Shown here piece by piece: positions 1 through 10,623 of a stretch of 64,000 bases of DNA. Within the stretch, counting starts at the first letter, position 1. Every line of letters begins with the position of its first letter. The notes below the pieces were generated by a model. It had not been told where the DNA came from, ran no database searches, and saw only the letters and a program-made list of their open reading frames with translations. A program made the translations under genes and the position numbers. Source of the DNA: Gammaproteobacteria bacterium (GTDB lineage Bacteria; Pseudomonadota; Gammaproteobacteria; Arenicellales; CAJQKF01); NCBI GenBank assembly GCA_030429665.1, contig JAUIEZ010000006.1, positions 6,263-70,262 of the forward strand. Direction: 5' to 3'.

Positions 1-1
1 T

Positions 2-523
2 GTCGGGGCTGTCGTCGCCTGCGCGACGCTCGTCATGCCCACCTTCAGCCTCGCCGCCGCAAGCGGCGGCTACGTCGACTACGCCAAGGTCGTCGAGTCC
101 GAGCCGTTGCTTCGAACGGTCCGCGTGTCCATTCCCCGCCAGGAGTGCTGGGACGAAACCGTGACCGTCACGCAGCCGGCCCCCGGGAAATCCTACACGC
201 CGGAAATCTTCGGTTCCATTCTGGGCGCCGCCGTCGGCAACCAGTTCGGTCGCGGCAGCGGTCGCGATATCGCCACCGTGGCGGGCGCCGTTCTCGGCGG
301 ATCCCTGGCGCACGACTACAAGAACCGTCGCGCCGTCCCTTACGGACAGACATACCAGACCGTGGAGGAACGCTGCCAGACGATCCATGAGCAACACACC
401 GAGGAACGCATTGACGGCTACGACGTGACGTACCGCTATAACGGTCGAGAATATTCCACGCGTATGGCGCACGATCCGGGTGATACGATTCGCGTGCGCG
501 TTTCCGTGTCGCCGCTCGAATGA
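2..523 (+). CDS. glycine-zipper (2TM) lipoprotein-like envelope protein, 5' end probably outside the window
   Basis: ORF 35..523. The frame stays open back to nt 2 and reads VGAVVACATLV (lipobox-like VVAC) before the first ATG. Gly-zipper stretch GSILGAAVGNQFGRGSGRDIATVAGAVLGGSLA. Confidence 0.6.
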   Translation, partial: VGAVVACATLVMPTFSLAAASGGYVDYAKVVESEPLLRTVRVSIPRQECWDETVTVTQPAPGKSYTPEIFGSILGAAVGNQFGRGSGRDIATVAGAVLGGSLAHDYKNRRAVPYGQTYQTVEERCQTIHEQHTEERIDGYDVTYRYNGREYSTRMAHDPGDTIRVRVSVSPLE

Positions 524-589
524 TCCGTCGTGCTAGTGAGCGATGGAGCGCGGTCGTATAATGTTCGGGTCGAGTAAACCCGGGGGGAT

Positions 590-859
590 TTGATGACGCG
601 TGCGCTCGTCGCATTGCTGCTGCTGGCCGTTTCCGTATCAGGCGCCTTGGGCGATTCGCGAAAGCATCGTGGGAAAGGCGACGCCGGTGTCGACGCGGCT
701 GTGCAGCGCGCCGTGTCCGATGTAAACAAGCGCTACCAGGGCCGCGTCCTCTCGGCGCAACCGGTAAAAAGCGGCGGTAAAGGCATCAAGGTAAGGATCA
801 AGTTTTTGTCCAAGGACGGCGTCATCAAGACCCTGCTGGTCGAACCCGGCGAGGACTGA
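590..859 (+). CDS. small secreted PepSY-like domain protein
   Basis: ORF 590..859. N-terminal signal peptide (ALVALLLLAVSVSGALG). PepSY-like core VLSAQPVKSGGKGIKVRIKFLSKDGVIKTLLV. Ends 4 nt before the response regulator, a typical PepSY/two-component arrangement. Confidence 0.55.
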   Translation: MMTRALVALLLLAVSVSGALGDSRKHRGKGDAGVDAAVQRAVSDVNKRYQGRVLSAQPVKSGGKGIKVRIKFLSKDGVIKTLLVEPGED

Positions 860-863
860 GCCA

Positions 864-1544
864 GTGCGCGTGCTGATTGTCGAGGACGAGGCCGACCTGA
901 ATCGCCAGCTCACCGAGCGACTCCGCGTCGAGGGGTACGCGGTGGACAGCGCGACGAACGGTGAAGACGGTCTGTACTACGGACGCGAATATCCCGTCGA
1001 CGTGGCGGTGGTGGACATCGGACTGCCGGGCATGTCGGGCATCGAGGTCATCAGGACCCTTCGGCGCGAAGGCCGCGATTTCCCGGTGCTGATCCTTACC
1101 GCCCGGGCCCGCTGGCAGGAAAAGGTCGAAGGCCTGGAGGCAGGAGCCGACGACTACCTGACCAAGCCTTTCCAGTTCGAGGAGCTCTCGGCGCGTCTGC
1201 GCGCGCTGATCCGCCGCAGCGCCGGCGTCGCCGACGCGACCGTCAATGCCGGGCCCCTCTCCCTCAACACGACCAGCCAGGAGGTCAGCGTCAACGGCGA
1301 CCCGGTGGAAATCACCGCGTTCGAGTACCGTCTTTTGCACTACCTCATGATGAATCCGGCCAAGGTGGTGTCCAAGACCGAACTCGTCGAGCACATCTAC
1401 GACGAGGACCGCGATCGCGACAGCAACGTCATCGAGGTGTTCGTCGGGCGCCTGCGCAAGAAGCTCGACCCGGAAGGCGATATCAACCCCATTCAGACGC
1501 TACGCGGACGCGGCTATCGCCTGAATCCCTCGTTCCGGGAGTAG
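864..1544 (+). CDS. OmpR/PhoB-family response regulator
   Basis: Receiver domain (MRVLIVEDE, VVDIGLPGMSG, DDYLTKPF) plus a winged-helix output domain (ITAFEYRLLHYLMMNPAKVVSKTEL, LRGRGYRL). Confidence 0.92.
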   Translation: MRVLIVEDEADLNRQLTERLRVEGYAVDSATNGEDGLYYGREYPVDVAVVDIGLPGMSGIEVIRTLRREGRDFPVLILTARARWQEKVEGLEAGADDYLTKPFQFEELSARLRALIRRSAGVADATVNAGPLSLNTTSQEVSVNGDPVEITAFEYRLLHYLMMNPAKVVSKTELVEHIYDEDRDRDSNVIEVFVGRLRKKLDPEGDINPIQTLRGRGYRLNPSFRE

Positions 1545-1553
1545 CGCCGGGCC

Positions 1554-2936
1554 GTGGCCAGTGACCGAGGGGCCTCGGCCCCGCGCCGGTTCGACTCGCT
1601 GCGGATTCGCCTCATAGCGGTGTCGGCGGTGGTGATGGTCGCCTTTACCGCGCTGGCGGTCGGCGTAATCGATAATGCCTTCGAACGCACGGCGCGCGGC
1701 GCCGTCAACGACCAGCTCAACGCGCAGCTTTACGCGCTGTTGACCGCGGCCGAGATCAACGAGAGCGGACGGATGTTTTTTCCCGAACGCCTCGCGGAGC
1801 CGAGATTCTCGGTGGCCGGTTCGGGCCTGTACGCATTCGCCTACGACGATGACGGAATACAAGCCTGGAGTTCGAGTTCGGCGGTCTCCCCATCGGTCGA
1901 GCCGGCCGTGCGCCTGATGGGATTGGGCGATTCCACCTTCGCCCTGGAAACCACCCCGCGCGGCGTGGAAATGTTCGTCATGCGCTTCGGTGTCGCCTGG
2001 GAGTCCCAGGATGGCGCGCAACGGGATTTCACCATGGTGGTTGCCGAGGACCTCGCCCGTTTCCGCGCCCAGGTTGGCGAGTTCAGGCGCAACCTGTTCT
2101 TCTGGAGCGCGGTGGGAATCGGCGTGCTGATCGCCCTGCAGCTTGCCATCCTCAACTGGGCCCTGCGGCCGTTGTCGGCGGTGGCGCGGGAAATTCGCCG
2201 CGTGGAACGCGGCACACAGCAATATATAGAGGGATCCTATCCCGAGGAGATCTCCGGGTTGACTCGCAACATCAACCGGTTGATCGAAAGCAGTCATCGC
2301 TCCCTGCAACGTTACCGAAATTCCCTGGGCGATCTCGCGCACAGCCTCAAGACGCCGCTGGCCGTGCTGCGAGGGCTGTCCGAGGAGTCGGGCGGGGATC
2401 GATCGACGCGCGATACCCTGGCCGAGCAGACCCGGAGAATGGCCGATATCGTGGACTACCAGCTCAAACGTGCCGCCAGCTCCGGCGGCGACGCCGCGGT
2501 GCGCGTGCTCGGCGTCCGGACGGTGGCCGGGAAACTCGTGCGCACCATGGAGAAGGTGTACGCCGATCGCGGCATCGCCTTCGAGATCGACGTCGACGAA
2601 CGGCTCCAGGTGATGATGGACGAGGGAGACCTCATGGAAGTGCTGGGCAACTTGCTCGAGAACGCCTGCAAATGGTGTCGCTCCCGGGTTGCCGTACGGG
2701 CGGTTTCCGAGACCGCGGGGGTTCGAATTCGTGTCGAGGACGACGGCCCCGGCGTGGACCCCGAGCTGGCGCGGGATTTGTTGCGGCGAGGCGTGCGCGC
2801 GGACCAGAAAACGCCCGGCCAAGGCATCGGTTTGTCCGTGGTCCGATCGATCGTGGAAAGCTACGGTGGTTCGGTCGCCATAGACAATGCCGCCGGTGGA
2901 GGCGCCAGCGTTCGCGTGACGATCCCGCGCCGGTAG
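1554..2936 (+). CDS. sensor histidine kinase (PhoQ/QseC-like architecture)
   Basis: GTG start 10 nt after the regulator stop. Two hydrophobic segments flank a periplasmic region. H-box HSLKTPLAVLRG; N box LLENACKW; G boxes DDGPGV and GQGIGLSVV. Confidence 0.88.
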   Translation: MASDRGASAPRRFDSLRIRLIAVSAVVMVAFTALAVGVIDNAFERTARGAVNDQLNAQLYALLTAAEINESGRMFFPERLAEPRFSVAGSGLYAFAYDDDGIQAWSSSSAVSPSVEPAVRLMGLGDSTFALETTPRGVEMFVMRFGVAWESQDGAQRDFTMVVAEDLARFRAQVGEFRRNLFFWSAVGIGVLIALQLAILNWALRPLSAVAREIRRVERGTQQYIEGSYPEEISGLTRNINRLIESSHRSLQRYRNSLGDLAHSLKTPLAVLRGLSEESGGDRSTRDTLAEQTRRMADIVDYQLKRAASSGGDAAVRVLGVRTVAGKLVRTMEKVYADRGIAFEIDVDERLQVMMDEGDLMEVLGNLLENACKWCRSRVAVRAVSETAGVRIRVEDDGPGVDPELARDLLRRGVRADQKTPGQGIGLSVVRSIVESYGGSVAIDNAAGGGASVRVTIPRR

Positions 2937-3111
2937 CAACATAAAATCGTCCAAATTGCGACGCATTCCGGTGTCATGACGAAACCGCGCCGCCGGTACG
3001 GCCCGGCCCCGCTTCCCCTGCGCCGGGGATTGGTCTATTTTGCCGCGCCTTCACGAGCCCGGCTTCGAACCGGTCTCATTCACGATCAGGGCAGTGCCGA
3101 CAGGAGGGGCG

Positions 3112-4080
3112 ATGCGTATTCTGTTTGCCGACAAGTTTCCCGCGCGCTGGATCGAGCATCTCGAGGGCGACGGCCACGAGGTTCGTCTGGAAAGCGAGCT
3201 CGGAGCCGCCGATCTGCCTCGCGCCCTCGGCGACGCCGAGGTGCTGGTGGTACGCAGCACCCGGGTGGATGCCGAGACGCTGAAGGCCGGCGCCCAACTG
3301 AAGCTGGTCGTGCGGGCCGGCGCCGGCACCAATACGATCGACCGGGAGCGGGCCCGCGAACTCGGAATAGCGGTGTGCAATACCCCGGGGCGCAATGCCG
3401 ACGCGGTGGCGGAACTGGCGATGGGTCTGATAATCGCCATCGACCGGCGCATACCCGATAACGTGGACGAGCTTCGGCGCGGTTCCTGGAACAAAAAACG
3501 TTACTCGGCCGCGCGCGGCCTCAAGGGAGCCGCGCTGGGCGTTTTGGGCACCGGCGCGATTGGCATGGCGCTGCTCGAGCGCGCAAGGGCATTCGGCATG
3601 CGCTTGTGCGTTCTCGACAAGCGCGACCGCGATGCCGGCACCGAGGCCGCTCTCGAGCGGCTGGGCGCGCATCGCGTCGCGGACCTGGGCGCGCTGGCAG
3701 GGACGGTGGATTTCCTCAGCCTGCACTTGCCGGCGACGCCCCAGACCGCCGGCATCGTCGACGCCGCGCTGCTCGAGGCAATGAAACCGGGCGCTGTTAT
3801 AATCAACACGTCCCGCGGCGAGCTTGTCGACGAGGCCGCGTTGATCGCGGCCATGAATGCCCGGGGGTTGCGCGCCGGACTGGATGTCTATGCCGACGAA
3901 CCCGGACCGGCGCAGGCCGCCTACGAATCGCCGCTCGCCTCCCACCCCAACGTCTACGGCACCCACCATATCGGCGCCTCCACCGAGCAGGCGCAGGATG
4001 CCGTTGCCGAAGGCGTGGTCGAGGTAATCGACGCGTTCGCCGGCGGGACGACCATCAATTGCGTCAACCAGGTCGCCTGA
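3112..4080 (+). CDS. serA: D-isomer 2-hydroxyacid dehydrogenase, probable short-form D-3-phosphoglycerate dehydrogenase
   Basis: In-frame ATG at 3112 preceded by AGGAGG. NAD fold GVLGTGAIGMAL; family motifs GIAVCNTPG and INTSRGELVDE. Directly upstream of serC. ORF-track start 3040 is judged too early. Confidence 0.75.
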   Translation: MRILFADKFPARWIEHLEGDGHEVRLESELGAADLPRALGDAEVLVVRSTRVDAETLKAGAQLKLVVRAGAGTNTIDRERARELGIAVCNTPGRNADAVAELAMGLIIAIDRRIPDNVDELRRGSWNKKRYSAARGLKGAALGVLGTGAIGMALLERARAFGMRLCVLDKRDRDAGTEAALERLGAHRVADLGALAGTVDFLSLHLPATPQTAGIVDAALLEAMKPGAVIINTSRGELVDEAALIAAMNARGLRAGLDVYADEPGPAQAAYESPLASHPNVYGTHHIGASTEQAQDAVAEGVVEVIDAFAGGTTINCVNQVA

Positions 4081-4115
4081 GCGGCGGCCGCGCCCGATTC
4101 CCGAGGAAAACGCCA

Positions 4116-5219
4116 ATGAACGATTCCGTCAGCGCGAACCGCGTCTACAACTTCAGCGCCGGTCCGTGCACTCTGCCCCTGGAAGTACTGGTCGAGGCCC
4201 AGGCCGAATTCGTCGACTACCAGGGATCCGGCATGTCCCTGATCGAAATGAGTCATCGCGGCAAGCATTTCGTAGCCGTCCACGAGGAGGCCAAGACGCT
4301 TGCCAAGCGCGTGTTTCGCTGCCCCGACGAGTTCGAGGTGCTGTTCCTGCAAGGCGGTGCCACGCTGCAGTTTGCCATGGTGCCGATGAATCTCCTCGGC
4401 GAAGGGCGGCGCGCCGGCTACGTCAATAGCGGTTCCTGGGCCAAGGGCGCCATCACCGACGCGCAATGCCACGGGGAAATCTATACCGCCTGGGACGGTA
4501 AGGACAGCGGTTACACCCGCATGCCGACGTCGGACGAGATCGAGATTCGCGACGACACCCGCTACCTGCACATCACCAGCAACGAGACGATTGGCGGCAT
4601 CCGCTACGGAGAATGGCCGCAGGTGCCGGTGCCGCTGGTGGCCGATCTTTCGTCCGAATATATGGCCCGTCCGATTCCGTGGGAACGGTTCGACCTGGTG
4701 TATGGCGGCGTGCAGAAGAATCTGGGCCCGGCGGGCCTGGCCGTCGTGTTTATTCGAAAGGCCATCGTCGAGGGACTCAACAAGAACATCGCACGCTATT
4801 TGCGCTACGACATTCACGTCGACAAGGATTCGATGTTCAATACGCCGCCGGTTTTCGCGGTGTACATGCTCGGCAAGGTGCTCAAGTGGATGGAAGCCCG
4901 CGGTGGAATCGATGCCATGGAACAGGCCGCCGCTCGCAAGGCGGGTTTGCTATACGGAGCGATCGACGCCAGCGATGGTTACTACCGTTGTCCGGTGGAG
5001 GCGGCGAGCCGCTCGCACATGAACGTCGTGTTCAGGCTGCCCAGCGAGGCCCTCGAGGCAAAGTTCCTCGACGAGGCGGGCAAGGCGCGCTTTCTCAACC
5101 TGAAGGGGCATCGCAGCGTCGGCGGCCTTCGCGCCAGCATCTACAATGCAATGCCCGAGCAGGGCGTCGCCGAGCTGGCCGACTTCATGGCGTCGTTCCG
5201 CGCCGCCAACCCGACCTGA
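4116..5219 (+). CDS. serC: phosphoserine aminotransferase
   Basis: MNDSVSANRVYNFSAGPCTLPLEVL...SLIEMSHRGKHF aligns by eye with E. coli SerC (NFSSGPAMLPAEVL...VMEVSHRGKEF). The upstream part of ORF 3606..5219 is an Arg-rich non-coding extension that overlaps serA. Confidence 0.93.
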   Translation: MNDSVSANRVYNFSAGPCTLPLEVLVEAQAEFVDYQGSGMSLIEMSHRGKHFVAVHEEAKTLAKRVFRCPDEFEVLFLQGGATLQFAMVPMNLLGEGRRAGYVNSGSWAKGAITDAQCHGEIYTAWDGKDSGYTRMPTSDEIEIRDDTRYLHITSNETIGGIRYGEWPQVPVPLVADLSSEYMARPIPWERFDLVYGGVQKNLGPAGLAVVFIRKAIVEGLNKNIARYLRYDIHVDKDSMFNTPPVFAVYMLGKVLKWMEARGGIDAMEQAAARKAGLLYGAIDASDGYYRCPVEAASRSHMNVVFRLPSEALEAKFLDEAGKARFLNLKGHRSVGGLRASIYNAMPEQGVAELADFMASFRAANPT

Positions 5220-5223
5220 TGCC

Positions 5224-6480
5224 ATGACGTCGGTGTGCGCATTCGCTGGTTTCGTGGTCGACCCGGCGCGCGCGCACGACGTCATCGCGCCGGCCTACGA
5301 TTCGCTGTCGCCCGCGGAGCGCGTGCGCTACGCTGCCTCGAATCCGGACAACTTCCTGAACGCGATGCGCACTCGCGAGGACTACCCGGAAGAGTCCATC
5401 GACATGCCGCGCATCCTGAAGCGAAATCGCGATACCCTGCGCCGGCTGATCGACATCGGCTGCTTCCGGGCGTTCGACGAGCCGGCGCTCTTCATTTATC
5501 GCCTGAGCCAGGGCGGTCACGTGCAGACCGGGCTGGTGGGCGAACTGCCGGTCGCCGAGATCGACCGGGGCAAGGTGCTGCGCCACGAACAAACACGAAT
5601 CGATCACGAGCGGCTGCTGGTGGAATACCAGACGTTCGTCGGCGCCAGCTCCTCGCCCGTGGCGCTTGCCTACCATGCCGACGAGGAGATCAGGGCGTTG
5701 AAGTCCGCGCTGGTATCGCGACTCGAGCCGATTTTGGACACCGAGTCCGACGACGGCTTGAGGCAGGTCCTGTGGCAGGTGAGCGACGAGACCGACATCG
5801 CCCGGTTGCGCGCGGTATTCTCGCGCGTGCCGGTGACCTACCTGACCGACGGTCATCACCGCACCGCCGCCGCTTCGCGCTATGTCGCCGAACTGGTCAG
5901 GACCGGTCGCGCGCCGGTGGCCGACGGGGCCTGGAACCATGTGCTGGTGGCATTGTTTCCCCACGACGAGTTGAACGTGCTGCCGTTCAGCCGAGTGGTT
6001 CGGGACCTGGGGCTACTTGCCGATGGCGCCTTTCTCGAGCGACTCGGCGCCTTGTTCGACATCGAAAAACTCGATGCCGACGCCGACATGGCGCCGCTGC
6101 CGGAGGCGCCAGGCACGTTTACCATGGTGCTCGACGACCGCTGTTACCGGCTGACACTTCGCGACCGCGCCGTAAACGACAACTCTCCGGTACACGGTCT
6201 CGACGTCAGCATCCTGCAGGATCTCGTGCTGGGGCCCATCCTCGGCATCGGCGACAGTCGCGGCGATGAAAGGCTGGAGTACGTCAGCGGCACCAGCGGT
6301 CACGAGGGCGTCAACCACCTGCGGCGGCAGGGATGGCGCGTGGCATTCTACTGCCACCCGGCGTCCATCGACGACATCATGTCGGTGGCCGATGCCGGCG
6401 AGACCATGCCGCCCAAGTCCACCTGTTTCGAGCCGAAGGTGCGCTCGGGTTTGTTCCTCCGCCTGTCCGAATCGACCTGA
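5224..6480 (+). CDS. DUF1015 family protein (function unknown)
   Basis: ATG at 5224, 4 nt after the serC stop. The N-terminus FAGFVVDPARAHDVIAPAYDSLSPAER and later VTYLTDGHHRTAAA match my recollection of DUF1015. Confidence 0.7.
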   Translation: MTSVCAFAGFVVDPARAHDVIAPAYDSLSPAERVRYAASNPDNFLNAMRTREDYPEESIDMPRILKRNRDTLRRLIDIGCFRAFDEPALFIYRLSQGGHVQTGLVGELPVAEIDRGKVLRHEQTRIDHERLLVEYQTFVGASSSPVALAYHADEEIRALKSALVSRLEPILDTESDDGLRQVLWQVSDETDIARLRAVFSRVPVTYLTDGHHRTAAASRYVAELVRTGRAPVADGAWNHVLVALFPHDELNVLPFSRVVRDLGLLADGAFLERLGALFDIEKLDADADMAPLPEAPGTFTMVLDDRCYRLTLRDRAVNDNSPVHGLDVSILQDLVLGPILGIGDSRGDERLEYVSGTSGHEGVNHLRRQGWRVAFYCHPASIDDIMSVADAGETMPPKSTCFEPKVRSGLFLRLSEST

Positions 6481-6602
6481 GGGGTTCACGGAGAAAACCG
6501 GACGCGGCATTCCCCGCCGGGCGTTGGCCGCGCGCGCACGTTTTGCCCCGGTGTTCGGCTTCAGTATCATTGGCCGCCCCTGAAGCGCCGTCACGTCACC
6601 TC

Positions 6603-7847
6603 ATGAGCGAAATCGTTCTCATCAATGTCAGCGGATCCGATCGGCCCGGCATTACCGCCTCGCTTACCCAGATCATGGGCCGCCACGAGCTGAACGTGCT
6701 CGATATCGGCCAGGCGGTGATTCACAACAACCTGGCTTGGGGCATGCTCGTGGAGATCCCGGCGCAGTCGGCGGATTCCGCGGTGTTCAAGGAACTCATG
6801 TTCGAGGCGCACCGGCTCGGCCTGACCCTCCAGTTCACCCCGGTGTCGGGCGAGGAATACGGCGAGTGGGTCGGTAAGCAGGGGCAGTCGCGCCACGTCA
6901 TCACGGTACTGGGCAAGCAGATTCGCGCCGAGCACATCTGCCGGGTTTCGGAGCTCATCGCCGTCAACGGGTTGAACATCGACCGCATCAACCGGCTGTC
7001 CGGTCGTGCGTTGTTGTCGACGCCGGAGTACAAGCGCCGCGCGGCCATCGACTTTCACGTACGTGGCGAGGTGGCCGACCTGTCGGTCATGCATGCCACC
7101 TTCCTGCAGCTGTCCCAGCGCCTCGATATCGACGTTGCCATCCAGGAGGACAACGTGTTCCGTCGCAACCGGCGCCTCGTGTGCTTCGACATGGACTCGA
7201 CGCTGATCCAGAACGAGGTGATCGACGAGCTGGCGAAGGTCGCGGGGGTTGGCGACAAGGTCAGCGAGATCACGCGACGCGCCATGGCGGGCGAACTCGA
7301 CTTCAAGGAAAGCTTCACGCGGCGCCTGGCGCTGCTGAAGGGCCTGCCCGAGTCCGAGCTGCCGAAGGTGGCCGCGTCGCTGCGAATCACCGACGGCGCG
7401 GAATTCCTGATACGCACCTTGAAACACTACCGTTTCCGCGTCGCCATCATCTCCGGGGGCTTTACCTATTTCGCGCGCCACCTGCAGGAACGCCTCGGCA
7501 TCGACTACGTGTACGCGAACGAGCTGGATATCGAGGACGGCCGCCTGAGCGGCCGGGTGCGCGGCGAAATCGTCGACGAGAACCGCAAGGCGGACCTGCT
7601 CCGCGCCATCGCCGAGCGCGAGGATATCAGGCTCGAGCAGGTCATCGCGGTGGGCGACGGCGCCAACGACCTCAAGATGCTCTCCATCGCGGGCCTCGGC
7701 ATCGCGTTTCGCGCCAAGCCCGTGGTGCGCCGCCAGGCCAGGTTCGCCCTCGCCGCGTCGAGCCTGGACAGCATTCTCTACCTGATCGGCATGCGCGAGC
7801 GCGATTTCCGGGATCTGCCGCCGACCGGGGAGAATCCGAACCGATAA
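6603..7847 (+). CDS. serB: phosphoserine phosphatase with N-terminal tandem ACT-like domains
   Basis: ATG at 6603 (MSEIVLINVSGSDRPGITA is ACT-like, with a second ACT-like repeat VITVLGKQIRAEHI). HAD motifs CFDMDSTLI and AVGDGANDLKML. Confidence 0.88.
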   Translation: MSEIVLINVSGSDRPGITASLTQIMGRHELNVLDIGQAVIHNNLAWGMLVEIPAQSADSAVFKELMFEAHRLGLTLQFTPVSGEEYGEWVGKQGQSRHVITVLGKQIRAEHICRVSELIAVNGLNIDRINRLSGRALLSTPEYKRRAAIDFHVRGEVADLSVMHATFLQLSQRLDIDVAIQEDNVFRRNRRLVCFDMDSTLIQNEVIDELAKVAGVGDKVSEITRRAMAGELDFKESFTRRLALLKGLPESELPKVAASLRITDGAEFLIRTLKHYRFRVAIISGGFTYFARHLQERLGIDYVYANELDIEDGRLSGRVRGEIVDENRKADLLRAIAEREDIRLEQVIAVGDGANDLKMLSIAGLGIAFRAKPVVRRQARFALAASSLDSILYLIGMRERDFRDLPPTGENPNR

Positions 7848-7977
7848 CCCGGTTTGTCGACTGGATCGTCGCGGGTCGTTTTTCGCCCTGCCGTGGACGT
7901 GATTGGCAAAGTTCCCGGTACGGGCGGTGCTAACCTGCGCGGACTTTTCCACCCTGACAGCATCGGAGAGCGTACCC

Positions 7978-9657
7978 GTGACCGAGTTCAAGTCCGATAT
8001 CGAAATCGCCCGCAGCGTTAATCCCAGGCCGATTCGCGAGGTCGGCGAACGCCTCGGCATAGATTGGGGTGAACTGCGCCCCTATGGTCACGACAAGGCA
8101 AAGATAGGCCTCGACCTGGTGGAGACCGCGTCGAAATGTCCGCGCGGTCGCCTGGTGTTGGTGACGGCGATTTCCCCGACCCCGGCGGGGGAGGGCAAGA
8201 CCACCACGTCGGTAGGGCTCACCGATGGTCTCAACCGCATCGCCAAGAAGGCCATGGTGTGCTTGCGCGAGCCCAGTCTCGGGCCCTGCTTCGGCATGAA
8301 GGGGGGCGCCGCCGGCGGCGGTTACGCGCAGGTGATTCCCATGGAGGATATAAACCTTCACTTTACCGGGGACTTTCACGCCATCACCGCCGCTCACAAC
8401 CTGCTTTCGGCGATGATCGACAATCACATCTACTGGGGCAACGAGCTGGGCTTCGATTCGCGGCGCGTCACCTGGCGAAGAGTGCTCGACATGAACGATC
8501 GCGCGCTGCGCGCGATCAACGTTTCCCTGGGTGGCGTGGCCAACGGCTTTCCGCGCGAGTCGGGGTTCGACATCACGGTGGCCTCGGAGGTCATGGCCAT
8601 TTTCTGCCTCGCCGACAGCCTCTCCGACCTGGAGCGCCGCCTGGGCGACATCATCGTCGGATATACCCGCGACCGTGAATCGATCCGCGCCGGCCAAATC
8701 GGCGCCGCCGGCCCCATGACCGTGCTTCTCAAGGATGCTTTCAGCCCCAACCTGGTACAGACGCTCGAGGGGAATCCGGCCATCATTCACGGCGGCCCGT
8801 TCGCCAACATCGCCCATGGCTGCAACTCGGTGGTGGCGACGAAGACCGCCCTGGGTCTTGCCGATTTCGTGGTGACAGAGGCCGGATTCGGCGCCGACCT
8901 GGGCGCGGAGAAATTCTTCGACATCAAGTGCCGCAAATCGGGCCTGAAGCCCGATGCCGCCGTGCTGGTGGCCACGGTGCGCGCATTGAAGTACCACGGC
9001 GGCGTAGCGCGGAATTCGCTCAACACGCAGGATCTCGACGCGGTGCGAGTCGGGCTGGCGAACCTGCGCCGGCACATCCAGAACGTGCATCAGTTCGGCG
9101 TGTCCGTGGTGGTGGCGATCAACCGCTTCCACTCGGACACCGACGCGGAGCTCGAACTGGTGAAGCAGGCCTGCGCCGAGTACGGCGTGACGGCGGTCGA
9201 GTGCACCCACTGGGCCGACGGCGGCGCCGGCACCGAGGAACTGGCGCGCCGCGTCGTCGAGCTGGCCGAGTCCGGGCAGAGCCAGTTCATGCCGTTGTAC
9301 GGCGACGACATGGGGCTGTGGGAGAAGGTGCGCACCATCGCGCGGCGCATCTACGGCGCCGAGGACGTTATCGCCGACAAGCGCGTGCGCGGCCAGTTGA
9401 AGAGCTACGAGGACGAGGGTTTCGGCCACCTGCCGGTGTGCATCGCCAAGACCCAGTACAGTTTCTCCACCGACCCGGAACTGCGCGGCGCACCCTCCGA
9501 TCACGTGGTGCCGATTCGCGAAGTGAGGCTGTCGGCCGGCGCCGGATTCGTCGTCGTGATCTGCGGCGAGATCATGACCATGCCCGGATTGCCTCGCGTG
9601 CCGGCGGCGATGCGGATTCGCATCGACGAGTCGGGACGAACCACGGGATTGTTCTGA
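7978..9657 (+). CDS. fhs: formate--tetrahydrofolate ligase
   Basis: [12 protein letters not shown]-terminus (GTG 7978 gives about 559 aa, the usual length). Nucleotide loop [20 protein letters not shown] homology runs the full length. Confidence 0.93.
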   Translation: MTEFKSDIEIARSVNPRPIREVGERLGIDWGELRPYGHDKAKIGLDLVETASKCPRGRLVLVTAISPTPAGEGKTTTSVGLTDGLNRIAKKAMVCLREPSLGPCFGMKGGAAGGGYAQVIPMEDINLHFTGDFHAITAAHNLLSAMIDNHIYWGNELGFDSRRVTWRRVLDMNDRALRAINVSLGGVANGFPRESGFDITVASEVMAIFCLADSLSDLERRLGDIIVGYTRDRESIRAGQIGAAGPMTVLLKDAFSPNLVQTLEGNPAIIHGGPFANIAHGCNSVVATKTALGLADFVVTEAGFGADLGAEKFFDIKCRKSGLKPDAAVLVATVRALKYHGGVARNSLNTQDLDAVRVGLANLRRHIQNVHQFGVSVVVAINRFHSDTDAELELVKQACAEYGVTAVECTHWADGGAGTEELARRVVELAESGQSQFMPLYGDDMGLWEKVRTIARRIYGAEDVIADKRVRGQLKSYEDEGFGHLPVCIAKTQYSFSTDPELRGAPSDHVVPIREVRLSAGAGFVVVICGEIMTMPGLPRVPAAMRIRIDESGRTTGLF

Positions 9658-9875
9658 GCGGGTCGTGCAGCCGACGCTTGTCGTTATCTTGTCGTTCTAC
9701 TATAACCGGGTGTCGCGCCGGCGCCAGCGCCGACGCGGCACCGACTCTTAAATGAGTCCCGAATCGAGTACGATTCGCACTTTCCGCGCCTTCGGCGAAC
9801 CGCAGGCGCGTAAACAGATGCCCGGTGCGCACGAAATGTTCACCGGGTCGACGGCCCCAACGCGAGTGCATCGAA

Positions 9876-10589
9876 ATGGCTGAAGATGAAGTGCTGGAAG
9901 ACGGTGAGGAAGAAATCGACCTTTCTGCCCTGGATGACGACGAGCTCGTCGAGCAAATGCACGACGATCTCTATGATGGACTGAGGGACGAAATCATGGA
10001 GGGTACCCAGATCCTCCTGGGCAGGGGTTGGGCGCCCGACAAGGTGCTCGCCGATGCCCTGGTGGAAGGCATGCGGATCGTCGGTATCGACTTTCGCGAC
10101 GGCATCCTGTTCGTCCCCGAGGTCTTGATGGCCGCCAACGCCATGAAGGGCGGCATGAGCATCCTGCGGCCGCTGCTGGCGGAGACCGGCGCGGAGACGA
10201 TCGGCAAGATGGTGATCGGCACCGTCAAGGGCGACATCCACGACATCGGCAAGAACCTCGTGTCGATGATGATGGAGGGCGCCGGTTTCGAGGTGATCGA
10301 CCTGGGAATCAACAACCCGGTGGAGAATTATCTCGAGGCGTTGGAGAAGCACAAGCCCGACATTCTCGGCATGTCGGCCCTGCTGACCACCACCATGCCC
10401 TACATGAAGGTGGTCATCGATACCCTGAAGGAGCAGGGTCTGCGAGACGACTACATCGTGCTGGTCGGCGGCGCACCGCTCAACGAGGAGTTCGGCAAGG
10501 CCATCGGCGCCGATGCCTACTGCCGCGACGCCGCGGTGGCCGTGGAAACCGCCAAGCGGCTGGTCGCCGAGCGACGAGCGGCCGCGTAA
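9876..10589 (+). CDS. cobalamin(corrinoid)-binding methyl-carrier protein (MtgC/MtbC-like)
   Basis: ATG at 9876. B12-binding cap helix region followed by the DxHxxG motif (GDIHDIGKN), then GMSALLTTT and VGGAPL of the B12 Rossmann domain. Confidence 0.87.
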   Translation: MAEDEVLEDGEEEIDLSALDDDELVEQMHDDLYDGLRDEIMEGTQILLGRGWAPDKVLADALVEGMRIVGIDFRDGILFVPEVLMAANAMKGGMSILRPLLAETGAETIGKMVIGTVKGDIHDIGKNLVSMMMEGAGFEVIDLGINNPVENYLEALEKHKPDILGMSALLTTTMPYMKVVIDTLKEQGLRDDYIVLVGGAPLNEEFGKAIGADAYCRDAAVAVETAKRLVAERRAAA

Positions 10590-10623
10590 CGCCGTGGCGG
10601 GCGCGCGCAAGGGACGGGTGTTG

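Noticed and set aside
1500-2966. 488-aa minus-strand ORF antisense to the histidine kinase. Many similar shadow ORFs occur elsewhere, e.g. 7930-9504, 12920-14233, 37503-38783, 49306-51030, 61888-63285.
   Set aside because: No recognisable domains and biased composition. Each is fully nested opposite a well-supported gene.
9658-9875. Possible cobalamin riboswitch in the 218-nt leader of the corrinoid-protein gene
   Set aside because: I could not find a B12-box-like core (GCCACTG-type) or the expected multi-stem arrangement. Only an Infernal/Rfam scan could settle it.
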